Shown here piece after piece: positions 52,733 to 64,000 of a stretch of 64,000 nt of DNA; the first letter of the stretch is position 1; each line of letters begins with the position of its first letter. The notes beneath the pieces are model-generated. The model did no database searches, was not told the origin of the DNA, and saw only the letters and a list, made by a program, of their open reading frames with translations. The position numbers and the translations under genes were made by a program. Location: NCBI GenBank assembly GCA_965153355.1, contig OZ231126.1, forward strand, positions 39,370,001 to 39,434,000, written 5' to 3'. Source of the stretch: Flaccisagitta enflata (taxonomy: Eukaryota).

Positions 52733-54317
52733 AGTCGCGTGCACGCGACTCTATAACCCGCTCTGTCGGTCCGTCGGTCGGTCGGTCGGTCCGTCCGTCC
52801 GTCCGTAACACTTTGCTTTTTTTTGTCGTTTTACGTCATTTTAGGGTATTTTACATCATTTTAAGTCATTTTAAGTCATTCTAAGTCATTTCCAGTCATT
52901 TTCAGTTAATTTTAGTCACTTAAGTCATTTTGTCATTTTTTGTCATTTTTGTCATTTTATATTATTATAAGTCATTTTAAGTCATTCTTAGTCATTCTAA
53001 GTTATTTTAAGTCATTCTAAGTCATTACAAGTCATTCTAAGTCATTACAAGTCATTCTAAGTCATTCTAAGTCACTCTAAGTTATTTTTTGGCTTTTGTA
53101 GTTTTTAGTAACACTTTGCTTTTTTGCGTCGTTTTTGGTCAATTTTGGTCGTCAGGAGTCATTTTGAGTCATTTTTTTGTTGTTTTTGGTCATTTTTGGT
53201 TGCGTTTAGTTATTTTTGGTTGCTTTTAGTCATTTTTGGTCATTTTGATCATTCATGTCACTTTGTACATTTAAACCATGTGTCATTTTTGGGCATTAAA
53301 AATAGTTTTAAGTCATTTTAAGTCATTTTGGAACATTTCAGGTCATTTTTGGTCATTTAACATGGTTTTTTGGTTTTTGTTTTTTTTTTTTGGTTTTTGG
53401 TTTTTTTGTTTTTTTGTTTTTTTTTGTTTTTTGTTTTTTGTTTTTGGGTTTTTGGTTTTTTTGTTATTTTATATTTTTTTTTAATTTTTTTGTTTTTTTA
53501 TTTTTTGGTCATTTATGTTTTTTGGTATGTTATGGTCATTTATGTTTTTTGGTATGTTTTTGTCATATATGTCATGTCAAGTCTGCTGGTTTCAAGTTGG
53601 CTGATTAAGGTCTCCTGGTTTAAGTCTGCTGGTCATGTCTGCTGGTTTAAGTCTGCTGGTTTACGTTGGCTGGTTTAAGTCTGCTGGTTTAAGTTGGCTG
53701 GTTTAAGTTGGCTGGTTTAAGTCTGCTGGTTTAAGTCTGCTGGTTTAAGTCTGCTGGTTTAAGTCTGCTGGTTTAAGTCTGCTGGTTTAAGTCTGCTGGT
53801 TTAAGTCTGCTGGTTTAGGTCTGCTGGTCTAAGTCTTCTGGTTTAAGTCTGCTGGTTTGAGTCTGCTGGTTTGAGTCTGCTGGTTTGAGTCTGCTGGTTT
53901 GAGTCTGCTGGCTTGAGTCTGCTGGTTTGAGTCTGCTGGTTGAAGTATGCTGGTTTAAGTATGCTGGTTTAAATATGCTGGTTTGGGTCTGGTTTGAGTC
54001 TGGTTTGAGTCTGGTTTGAGTCTGGTTCATGTCTGGTTTGAGTCTGGTTTAAGTCTGGTTTATGTCTGGTTTATGTCTGGTTTATGTCTGGTTTATGTCT
54101 GGTTTATGTCTGGTTTTGGTCTGGTTTACATCTGGTTTTGGTCTGGTTTAATTCTGGTTTGAGTCTGGTTTGAGTCTGGTTTTAGTCCGGTTTGAGTCCG
54201 GTTTGAGTCTGGTTTGGGTCTGGTTTAAGTCTGATTTTCGATAAAAAGATAGAATAAGGAGTCAGGTCAGTTCAGTTATTTTTGTCCTGCACGCGACTTA
54301 TAAGTGTTGGCCTTGTT
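52733..54317 (+). mobile_element. HINE expanded to ~1.6 kb by successive 10-, 14- and 11-bp arrays
   Basis: AGTCGCGTGCACGCGACT start; GCACGCGACT..GTGTTGGCCTTGTT end; empty site in the left arm at ~50400-50418. Confidence 0.9.
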
Positions 54318-55433
54318 TAAAAGTAGAAGCGACTAATTTTTTGTCTAAAATTGCTCAATTTTCAAGAAAATTGACTTTTTTACAACTGCTTCTACAGTCA
54401 ACAAAAAAAATTGAGGGCAAAATCGATCAAAAATTTTTTTACCATCAGCTAGAGCAGCAAAAACTCTTCAATTTGATCACCAATTTCATGCAGATTGGTC
54501 CATCCAAAGCCAAAATATGCTCAACTCTGTGAAAGATGTCAAAATTGCCACTGAAAATGGGATGCAATTTGACCCTCATACCCTTTCATCTTTGAAATGC
54601 TCTCAAATCTCAACAAATTAAGATAAAAACATGCGGATTGCACCACTAGTTGGCTCTTGAGCTCTAGTTTTATAATCTCATGGATTTTAGGTCAAAATTA
54701 AAATTCAAAGGTAGGCAAGCAAAGTATCTGTTTTGACGTCAGAAAACGGAGACGAAAGGAACAAAAAGATAAATATCAATTCCAAGGCCTTCAATCAGAG
54801 CTTTAAAAATCGCCGAATATAAAGATAATATTAAAAACAAAATATTCGTTAAAAAGTGTAGGTCCCGTGCTTTCCACGCGTCTTGTTTGTAGATATTTTT
54901 GACAGCGACAACAGTGTAAGTTTGTTGCTTCTTTACGTTTTTTACTTATGCGCCTTAATGAGAGATACTGTATTTTTCTACTTTGGCCCATCGCTGGCCC
55001 CCTATTTTTTCTTTCCGAGGCTGTTTTTATTTTTTTTCGGTTCCGCGTCCTTCGCGGTCCCGGAGCGTTTTTGTTTGACCATGTTTGTCTCTATCAGTGG
55101 GTTTTTCGCTTCTTTTCTACGACTCAATTTTTGTTTTCAACCGACAGAACCAAGTCACGCATTTCGTTTTCACTCAGTCAAACGAATTACTTTTGGTCGA
55201 GTGATGGAAATGTTTTACTTTCAATACACACTTAAAATGGCTATAATTAATTGTAAAAAGAAAAGAGAGACAAAATTGTTCAAATTTCCACGCTCTTTCC
55301 AATGGTTTGGATAATTTTCTTGGGAAAAATCGTCTTGTCGAACGCACAAATTTGTGAATGTGCTTCATTCAAAACATTTGCACAAGGCGAGAGAGAGAGA
55401 TAGATAGATAGAGAGAAAGAGAGAGAGAGAGAA

Positions 55434-55510
<77 letters not shown>

Positions 55511-55873
55511 AGTGATGAATGACATATTTCAGGCATCCTCGTATCATCTTCGCTTTTGAGTTGTGTTGGAGCTTGGTTGCGTGCTATCAGACGGACATGT
55601 AGCCATAAGAAAGTGCTTTGATTGATTTGTGAGAGTGATGGCGTTTCAGGCGTCTTCCTAGAAAACGGATTGACTGATTTTTCCTAGTTTCTTACAAGTT
55701 CTTTCCTAATTAGTCTTCTCTTGAAATCTTGACTGCAGAGACCCAACCGTTATCTCACGACGTCAATTTGGACTGATTTTGTTGTTGTTGTTGTTGTTGT
55801 TGCTGTTGTTGTTGTTGTTTTCCGAGTTGCTCTTTGAGACATCTTCAGCGGACTTTTCATCGCCACGCGTCAT

Positions 55874-56000
<127 letters not shown>

Positions 56001-56502
56001 AGCATAGCAAGACGGAGAGACATGAGTGCATAGCATTTTATGGGTTGAATTGAGTAGCAATGGGATCCGCTCCAACAGGTGATTAGTATCGTCGCGTAAC
56101 CCTTAGCTTTTGCCTCTTCCGACAGCTATCTCCACTCTCAATTTTTAGTTGCGTGCATGCGACTCTACTCCTAGCTTTGTCGTGTCAGTCGGTCCATCCG
56201 TCGGTCCATCCATCGGTCCGTCTGTCTGTCCATCCGTCCGCCCGTCCGTCACACTTTACTGCGGATATGCTGTCTGACCTCCCCCTTTGTCGTCCCAACA
56301 ATCGGCTGGCGTTGGTGAAGAGCGTGAAGAGCCTCAAAGAAAAGAAAAAGACATTGATGAAGGCAATATCTGATCCAAATTGGTTGAGAACTAAACCGTA
56401 TTCAAGTTTTTCTACGCCGAATTAGTTTTCCCTGTATCATCAGGAACTTGGAGGTCTTAAAAAATTGTTGGTTCGTCTGTCACTTGCAAATGAGCGGTTT
56501 TT

Positions 56503-56699
56503 AGTCACGTGCTACGCGACTCTACAGCCCGCTTTGTCTATTTGTCAGTCCATCCGTCTGTCCGTCAGTCCATCCGTCACGCTTTACTTTTTTTTTGCGG
56601 TCTTTGGCCTCACTGCTCCTGCCCAAATGATCAAGTTAACTTAAATACTACCCCTGCCCACCCGCACGCGAGTGTGGTAGCTGTGTATCCGGTGTTGTT
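56503..56699 (+). mobile_element. Short HINE nested in the 3.2-kb element; a partial copy starts at 56147
   Basis: Reverse-complement match to 42489-42712. Confidence 0.8.
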
Positions 56700-56829
56700 G
56701 ATCAAAGATTTTGTCAGCCACCACCACCAATGACAACAACAACAATGAATATGAAGATCACAATGCCATCGACGACGATGACGACGACGACAATGGAAAA
56801 AAACTTAGGGAGGATGTTAGTGAAATTAA

Positions 56830-57495
56830 GCAAGTGTGAGTGCGGCCGTTCATTGGTGAAATGTGGATGCAGTTGACCAAACTTTGAAGGCGCTGACAAG
56901 CTGTTGCAGCATCCACAAGCTTCCGTTGACACTTGATACTGTTCATATAGTTGAAGGTGTGTTCACTCTGTTGAGATTCAGCCAAATTATCCCTGTGAAT
57001 GCTGTAATGTTGGTTGTTGCAGTTGGGACCTTTGAGTCTTTGACTCTGGGAAGTAAGATGCTATTACGGGCGTGTTGACGGGCAGTTGGATGATTGTGGG
57101 TGACTAGGTGTCAATGTCTGAACGTGCTGAAGGTCAAGATAAAAGTGCTGGTGAATTTTGAAAACCCTAGAAAGTTTCTTCCGACTGCTGAACGCGTCAA
57201 CTGCTGCGGAAGCGTAGGAGGCGCTGGCAAGCCACTGGAGCTTCCTAAGGGTGCTGATGACGAGTTGGTTCATAAAAGGAAATAGGTTAAAAGTATTCAT
57301 CGATTTTGGTGGTTCTTTGACGTCGTAGGACTGAGCTCTGGTTGTTGCTAACTCATGACATATTATTCTGATACTTGGAGGCTCCTGAAGTTGCGTCGAC
57401 GGGACGTTTGGCGGCCTATGATTCAGCTTTGCACTTTTGCGTACTCTTCTCAAAAATATCTTCAAAACTAGACCAACCCCAGGTCTGTAGCTCAA
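56830..57495 (-). pseudogene. Possible degraded coding sequence inside the 3.2-kb element, product unknown
   Basis: Non-repetitive and more GC-rich than its flanks; one minus-strand frame is open across the interval except tandem stops at ~57061-57066. Confidence 0.3.
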
Positions 57496-58469
57496 TTCGT
57501 TTAGAAGTTATACAAAAAACAAGACAATCCCTCAGAACTGCAGAAATTGATCTTTGGACCATTTGCCTTCATTTTGGTATACCTCTTCAAAAAATTGAGC
57601 TAGCAACCTCCGGTTGAGCTTAGATTAAAGAATTTCTACATGGCTTTTTGTCAAACACAAAAAATGAATATGGAAATTGGTCAATGGTGACTAAAAAAAA
57701 AAGAAAATGGGAAAAAGAGGCTTCAAAAACAGCTCGGAATTGAGCACCTCTTTTCATTCATGCCAAACATTTAGAAATTGATTTTTTTGCCAAAAAATGT
57801 CTAAAACCTTTGTTTTTATACCCGTTGGCACTAATATATCAGGAAAACAAGGACGGCAGAGAGTTTTTAAGATCCTCAAAAAAACACTTTGTATACCTAT
57901 CAAAGGGGCCTAATTTTGAGGCCAAAGTGACCCAAAGTTGGAATTTTTACCACAACAACCCTCATGCTGGGATTTTAGGGGGGGTGGCGGCCATGAGTAA
58001 AATCGATCATATGGTCATGAAACTTGGCAAATCTTGTTGTTATGATGAATGAAGCCAGTCCCTGCTGTTGGTAGCCAATCTGCCTTCATAAGGGTTCTAC
58101 GGCCCAGTCTGACTATGAACCAAAAAAATGTTTGTATATGCTTCTTGGAGTCTCACACCATCCCCACAATAAGAAATGGTCGGCAGGTAGACATTTTATT
58201 GTATGGAAAACAGTCTATACTACGAGGAAAGCTGGAGAACCAGTAAAATGTGCATGAGAATAATCTTATGCAATCATTTTTTTATTTCTGTCTGCGGTAC
58301 AGTTACAGAACTTTGATCATTTTTTTCTTCCAAATTTCGTTATGATGATAATAACTGACTTCGAAAATTTTTTCCACCAAGATTTATACTGTTTTGTCAC
58401 CCTAAGCCTTTTTCACCTGAAAGTGGTCGGGTGACAAAAAAAATACTAAAAAAAGCAGAAGGAAGTTTT

Positions 58470-59176
58470 TTTTTTTTTTTTAAGATTCTTTCTGTCGGAA
58501 ATAAGCTATGAAATTTTTACTGTAGTTGTGGAACATGCTTAACAACATGCTTGTCAATTTTTATGGTTCCATGCCAATTTTAAGTATCGATTTCTTTCCC
58601 TTGATTCTAGAAAACCTTGCAAAAAAGCATTTTTGAAAAAAAGATTTTTTGGCTTGTAAATAACAAATTTGTAATATGGACAAACTTTTTGCATTTTTAA
58701 AAACATGCGACGCGAGATATAGTCATTTGCTAGCGTCGCATGTTTTTGGTTTTTTCATATTTTCATTTTTTATGCAAATTTGTTATTTACAGTGAGCATG
58801 GGTCAGGTGGAGTTTTTGCTCTGGCCAAAGTTTGTTATTTTTTTTTAAGATACTTTCCGTCGGAAATAAGCAATGAAATTTTTACTGTAGTTGTGGAACA
58901 TGTTCAACTGCATGCATGTCAATTTTTATGGTTCCAGGCCAATTTCAAGTATCGATTTCTATCCCTTGATTCCAGAAAACATTGCAAAAATGCCTTTTTG
59001 AGAAAAATCATTTTTCGGCTTGTACATAACAAATCTGTAAAATGGACAAACATTTTGCATTTTTAAAAACATACAATGCAAGCAAGCTTCGCATGTTTTT
59101 GGTTTCTTCATGTTTTCATTTTTTTGCAAATTTGTTATTTACAGTGAGCATGGGTCAGGTGGATTTTTTGCTCTGC
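58470..59176. repeat. Tandem duplication, period ~350-365 bp; diverged third copy at ~60640-60795
   Basis: GTCGGAAATAAGC.ATGAAATTTTTACTGTAGTTGTGGAACATG at 58494 and 58859; ACAGTGAGCATGGGTCAGGTGGA twice. Confidence 0.85.
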
Positions 59177-59812
59177 CAAAAAAGTGACAAAATGGTTAAA
59201 ATTAACTAATTCTGGCTGTTTTTTGCCCTAAAACCCATCTTTAACTTGGAAAAGAGCCCTAAAATTTTAAGTGCACATGTAATAGACTCTAATTAAGCTG
59301 TATGTAAAAGTTTTTGGGATTCTGAAAATTTTTAGGTATATAAATTTTGAAAAATTTTCTTTTTGCGATTTTTTTAAAAGAAAAAAATATTGTTACCCCC
59401 CTAAAAGTTGATCAATTTGGACAAAATTTTAAGGTGGTACTTCATATCATGGACTACCTCTATGTAAACTTTCATTCAAATTGGAGCAGTTTCAGTACTG
59501 AAAATTGTGTTTAAATGAAAAAAGTTGATAATTTGCTTAAAAGATATAAAATTATTAATATTTAGCTTATCATAATAGATTTTGCATTCATTGTTTTTGA
59601 TTTGTAATAAAGAAGTAATATACTTACAAAAATTGTTTTCAAAAATCATGAAAATTGATGTAAAATTCTTGACCTTATTGAAAGCCAAATTCCTCGCGAT
59701 CTTGCTCCGTGTCCTATACTATTTTTTTCCGGTAGGCGATAGCTGCCATTACAGGTAATGATTATGGTGATGAGGATAATAAATGTGTTAACGATGATGA
59801 AGTAGATGTTGT

Positions 59813-59868
<56 letters not shown>

Positions 59869-61834
59869 GGGAAAATAACACATGACAAATGTACAGCGGT
59901 CCTTCCCACCCACAAGCGACTTAAGCATGAGAAATCTGTCTACAGATTTCAACGAATTAATACTATCCACTTGTTTGCAACCTAAATGTTCGTACTTCGA
60001 AGTAGGCCATCATCGATCAACTAAGCAAAGATGATTTACAATTTTCGATCGCCGATTACGTGATCATGCAAGCAAGACAAAGAGTCCCGATTTGAACCCG
60101 TGTCATCAGATTTTGACCCATATCAGCCTAAATTTCTCCTAGATCAATGTTTGAATGTCACGCTTATTTTACCTCGTCTCTTCCTCATCAACCTCCTCAT
60201 GTCCCTCATCATCTTCTTCATCTCATTCCTCAATCGCTTTCTCTCTCAGGATTTTAATCATTTTATCAGTGTATATCAAAGTCATCGAGACAACGGTTTT
60301 GTATAAATTGAGGCTTAGTGATCCATCAGATGCGTCCTTTCATGTTTATACATGATAACAACATCATATAACGAAAAATGAAGAGAAACCCGCTTAAGAC
60401 ATGCTGCACAATCATATCGAATTTTTTATTCATGGACTTCTAAGTCAATTTTTTGTGGTTAATAATCAATATTTTCTCAAATGCAACAAATGGTCATTGT
60501 CAGCAAGCAAATGGTATGAATAGCAAACAAATAGCCAAATTTATTATCACTAGAACGATTGTAATCATCCTCTGAAACATAATTCAATGCAGAAAATAAG
60601 GCAAACATGTGTGACAAAAAATGTGATAAGTCTATCTTGAAAATAACAAATCTGTGAAATGAGTCAAAAATTTGCATTTTCTAAAACATACGACTTTAGA
60701 TATACTAATTTATAAGAGTCGCATGTTCTTGGTTTTTGTGATATTGGATTCCCTATGCAAATTTGTTATTTTCAGTGGACACAAATCAGGTGACAGAATT
60801 GAAAAATTCTGATCCTAATGTATCTTATTTCTAAAGAAATGTCAAACTTTAATAAAAGCAGATGAAGACCTGCAGATTTCACCGATGCTTAGATCTAGGG
60901 ATATACTACTATTTTCTTATCAATTTTGAATGGATAACTGTAAATTGATGTTTTTTAATTAATGTTTAATCATAGCTAAAATATTCAAAATTATAGAAAA
61001 TAAGGAAAAATTTTTTTTCTGAAAGTTGTAGGGGCAATTGAGCTTGCCAATATGCAAAATATGTCTTAACCTAAGGTGTCAAAAGGCCCTTATCAAAAAT
61101 TTTGGGAAAAATCAGCAGTCATGAAAATTTTTCAACTCATGCATGAATGAGAAATTCCACCCTAAATTATTCTGTGTCTTAAATAGCGCTTTGGAAAATT
61201 AGTTAAAGCCATAAATCGCGTGCGGGGCGGTGATGCAGAAGTCAAAAACCACTCGCGGGGACCCGAAAAATCCCTTATAAACGCATGTGCACGCAATTCA
61301 ATCACTCGCTATGTTGGTCCGTCCGTCCGTCCGTCCGTCCGTCCGTCCGTCCGTCCGTTCGTCGGTAAGCCTTTACCACGATTTTTTAGTCGCGTACCAT
61401 CTTTCTAAAAAAAATTCTTCCAACTTGGAGGAGTGCTGCTCCTAAACGAGTCTATCTACGTCAACCAGAAGAGTCCTATTATAAAGGTTGATAGCTTAAT
61501 TCGGGCTGCAAGATTCTTTTTTTTTTTCTGTTTTTTTTTTAAAGAGGGTTGATCATGGTTCAATCCAAATTGTCTGTCGGTCCGTATCATACACTTCGAA
61601 ATGCATCGTGCCTCGACTCATTGTGCCCCGCACCGGTCGGCTGCTTTGGGTGGTTTTAAGTGGTCGAGGAGGGCTGGGTGATTTTTTTGTGGCGTAAATT
61701 GAGATACAGTTGTTATTCTTAAAAGTCCTTTTGAATGCACTCCAGCGATACTCAACTGTGGTAACTGGTAACTGAAGACAAAAAAAGACGTGAGTTCGTC
61801 TGCACGAATTTATCTCGAAGCCAATCTCTTTTTT

Positions 61835-62029
61835 AGTCGCGTGCACGCGACTCTATGACCCGCTCTGTCCGTCGGTCGGTCGGTCGGTCGGTCCGTCTGT
61901 CCGTACGTCACACTTAGCTTTTTAAGTAATTTAAAGCTATTTACATTTTACATTTAGTCTTTTAGTCTTCTAGTCTTTTGGGCTTATGGTCTTAACAACC
62001 GCACGCGACTGTAGGGTGTTGGCCTTGTT
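61835..62029 (+). mobile_element. Short HINE
   Basis: AGTCGCGTGCACGCGACT ... GCACGCGACT..GTGTTGGCCTTGTT. Confidence 0.88.
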
Positions 62030-62680
62030 TCAATTTCATCTTTACATTCATGATTCGATATGTGAAAACGAATATGCTCAACTTTTTCATGTTCATCTTT
62101 TATTGAACTAATGAAAACATTTCGCTGTTTTTTTTTTTACTTGGTTATTTCGCCTCGGAGCTCGTTTAATTTTCCATCCAGTATTTCGCAAACTTTTAAT
62201 ACGTAGTGTTGTTATAACACGTTTGCTGTCAGATGCCCTTCAACCTATTACAGATTGATTGCTCTCACAATATTCTTAATTGTACAAGCAATCTAAAACA
62301 TGTTAAGCCAGCCATTCTAGTCCGTTCGTCCTCCGATTAGGCCATAACTCCGTTTCTTAACGTTTGTAACGTCACTGCATGTATGCTTATTTCTAAAGCC
62401 TGTTTGATCACTGGCTCTGCCCACTCAAATTGGACTTCGGTAGTCCCCTTTAAATCTTTTTTTCAGCTCACCGCTCCTGCCCGAATGCCCTTGTGACTTT
62501 CTCCGTCACTGCCCCTGCCCACCGCCTAAGGTAGCCATGTATCCGGCCTTGTTGATAGTCTCCGTTGTTAAATCTAAGCCGCAAACTTCTTTCATCCATT
62601 TCTTTTTGTTTCTGCGAATGAAAAGAGGAAACCTCACTTTTATTTCGCGGAATTAAAAGACGGCAATTTTGGAAAAAAAA

Positions 62681-62822
62681 AACAAGGCCGTATACACAGC
62701 AGCATTAGTCGCGGACGGGTTGGCAGGAGCGGAAAACCTCGAAAAGTGACTTTATAACGGACGGACCGACAGAGCGACCGACGGACCGATAAAGTGGCTT
62801 ATAGAGTCGAGTGTCCACGACT
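62681..62822 (-). mobile_element. Short HINE
   Basis: AACAAGGCCGTATACAC ... AGTCGAGTGTCCACGACT. Confidence 0.78.
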
Positions 62823-62999
62823 AAAAAAAGAAAAGAATTGGAACCTCAACCAGCAATACCAAGGCTCTCTGTGTCAACACGTCATGAAACCATTCTTGTC
62901 TATCTGTTTACCTGCAGTCTGTCATGTTAGTCTGCCTGACTGCCAGGCTTCATCAGACCAGTCCCTTCTTCGGTCTGTTGGTCAATCCCGCCTGTCTTT

Positions 63000-63272
63000 A
63001 GTCGGGTGCACGCGACTCTATGACTCACTCTGTCCGTCTGTCGGTCCGTCCGTTGGTTGGTCCATCAGTCAGTCTGTCACTTTTAGTTTTTTTTTTTGCA
63101 ATTTTACGTCGTAAGTCATTTCAAGTCAGTTCAATTTTACATTTTGTTTTTTAGTCTTGAAGACGCGACAGAGAGGTGTTGGCCTTGTTGGTTTTCTCAT
63201 TTCAAGTCATTATAATTTTACATTTTGTCTTTTAGTCTTGAAGACGCGACAGAGAGGTGTTGGCCTTGTTGG

Positions 63273-63278
<6 letters not shown>
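63000..63278 (+). mobile_element. Short HINE with a tandemly duplicated 3' end
   Basis: TTTTAGTCTTGAAGACGCGACAGAGAGGTGTTGGCCTTGTTGGTTTTCTC occurs twice, ending at ~63198 and ~63278. Confidence 0.8.
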
Positions 63279-63307
<29 letters not shown>

Positions 63308-63411
63308 TTACACTAAAAATGACTTAGCAACATATAGTTTCAATCTTCTTATCATTTTTTCTGTTTTCCCACTTCAATGACCACTGCCCCTCCTCGATAT
63401 GAAATAGTCTG

Positions 63412-63461
<50 letters not shown>

Positions 63462-64000
63462 CTCATCAATTTGCTCCCTCAGATTTTTCAGCTTGGCTCG
63501 GCAGTTACTCACAGGAGTGTTGGTCTGAGCGGTCTGAACTTTTCCTTCTTCCCAGTTTTTCGTTCTTTCTAATATTTTTCGACTCTGGGATCGGATTTTT
63601 GTTTGTTTATTTATTTTGCCGGCTATCTCTAAGCGGAACGAATATTACTACAAAAAGTTGGATTTCCACGCTTTCCTTATCGTGATTTTAAAGTTATACA
63701 CATTGCTCACAATCTCTAAAGTCATGCGGAGTTATCCTACTAACTAGGTGTACGCTAAAGATAGCTCAGATTGCTTTTCTAGTTGAATATTATAATTATA
63801 CTATAATTAACTACATATCCAACTTTTTTTCCCTAAGATTTTTTTTATCATTAATTTGATTTTCTCTTTCTGATCCCCCTGTTCCCCATCAAATTGGGGG
63901 TGAAGCGTGGCCGTAGGGGGAGAAGACTAAGATTTGCAGGGGAGAGAACAACATCAGATATGGCGTGAAAACAACAGCTTTTTTGGAAGGCTTCATCTTC

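Overview
Eukaryotic, AT-rich, microsatellite-dense sequence, probably an invertebrate animal (species not identifiable here). I can support no intact host protein-coding gene; nearly all ORFs in the track are translations of microsatellites or minisatellites. The window is dominated by non-autonomous mobile DNA. (1) More than 25 short Helentron/DINE-1-like elements (HINEs) have a 5' hairpin, a (GTCY/GGTC)n microsatellite, a 3' subterminal inverted repeat, a 3' hairpin and a ...TTGTT end. (2) About 12 copies of a longer HINE-like family start GGGCAGCGGCCCCGAAGGGG and carry subfamily-specific 37-60 bp inverted arms, 20/21-bp internal arrays and a conserved 3' tail; some have become whole palindromes. 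(3) Cut-and-paste elements with visible TIRs and TSDs include TA-flanked Tc1/mariner-type elements (one with a transposase remnant) and hAT-type MITEs. (4) A 9-kb Foldback-like element (49120-58111) holds five nested insertions, and its own inverted arms supply empty-site controls for three of them. A CpG-rich candidate promoter/first exon lies near 24.5-24.8 kb. All comparisons were made by eye.
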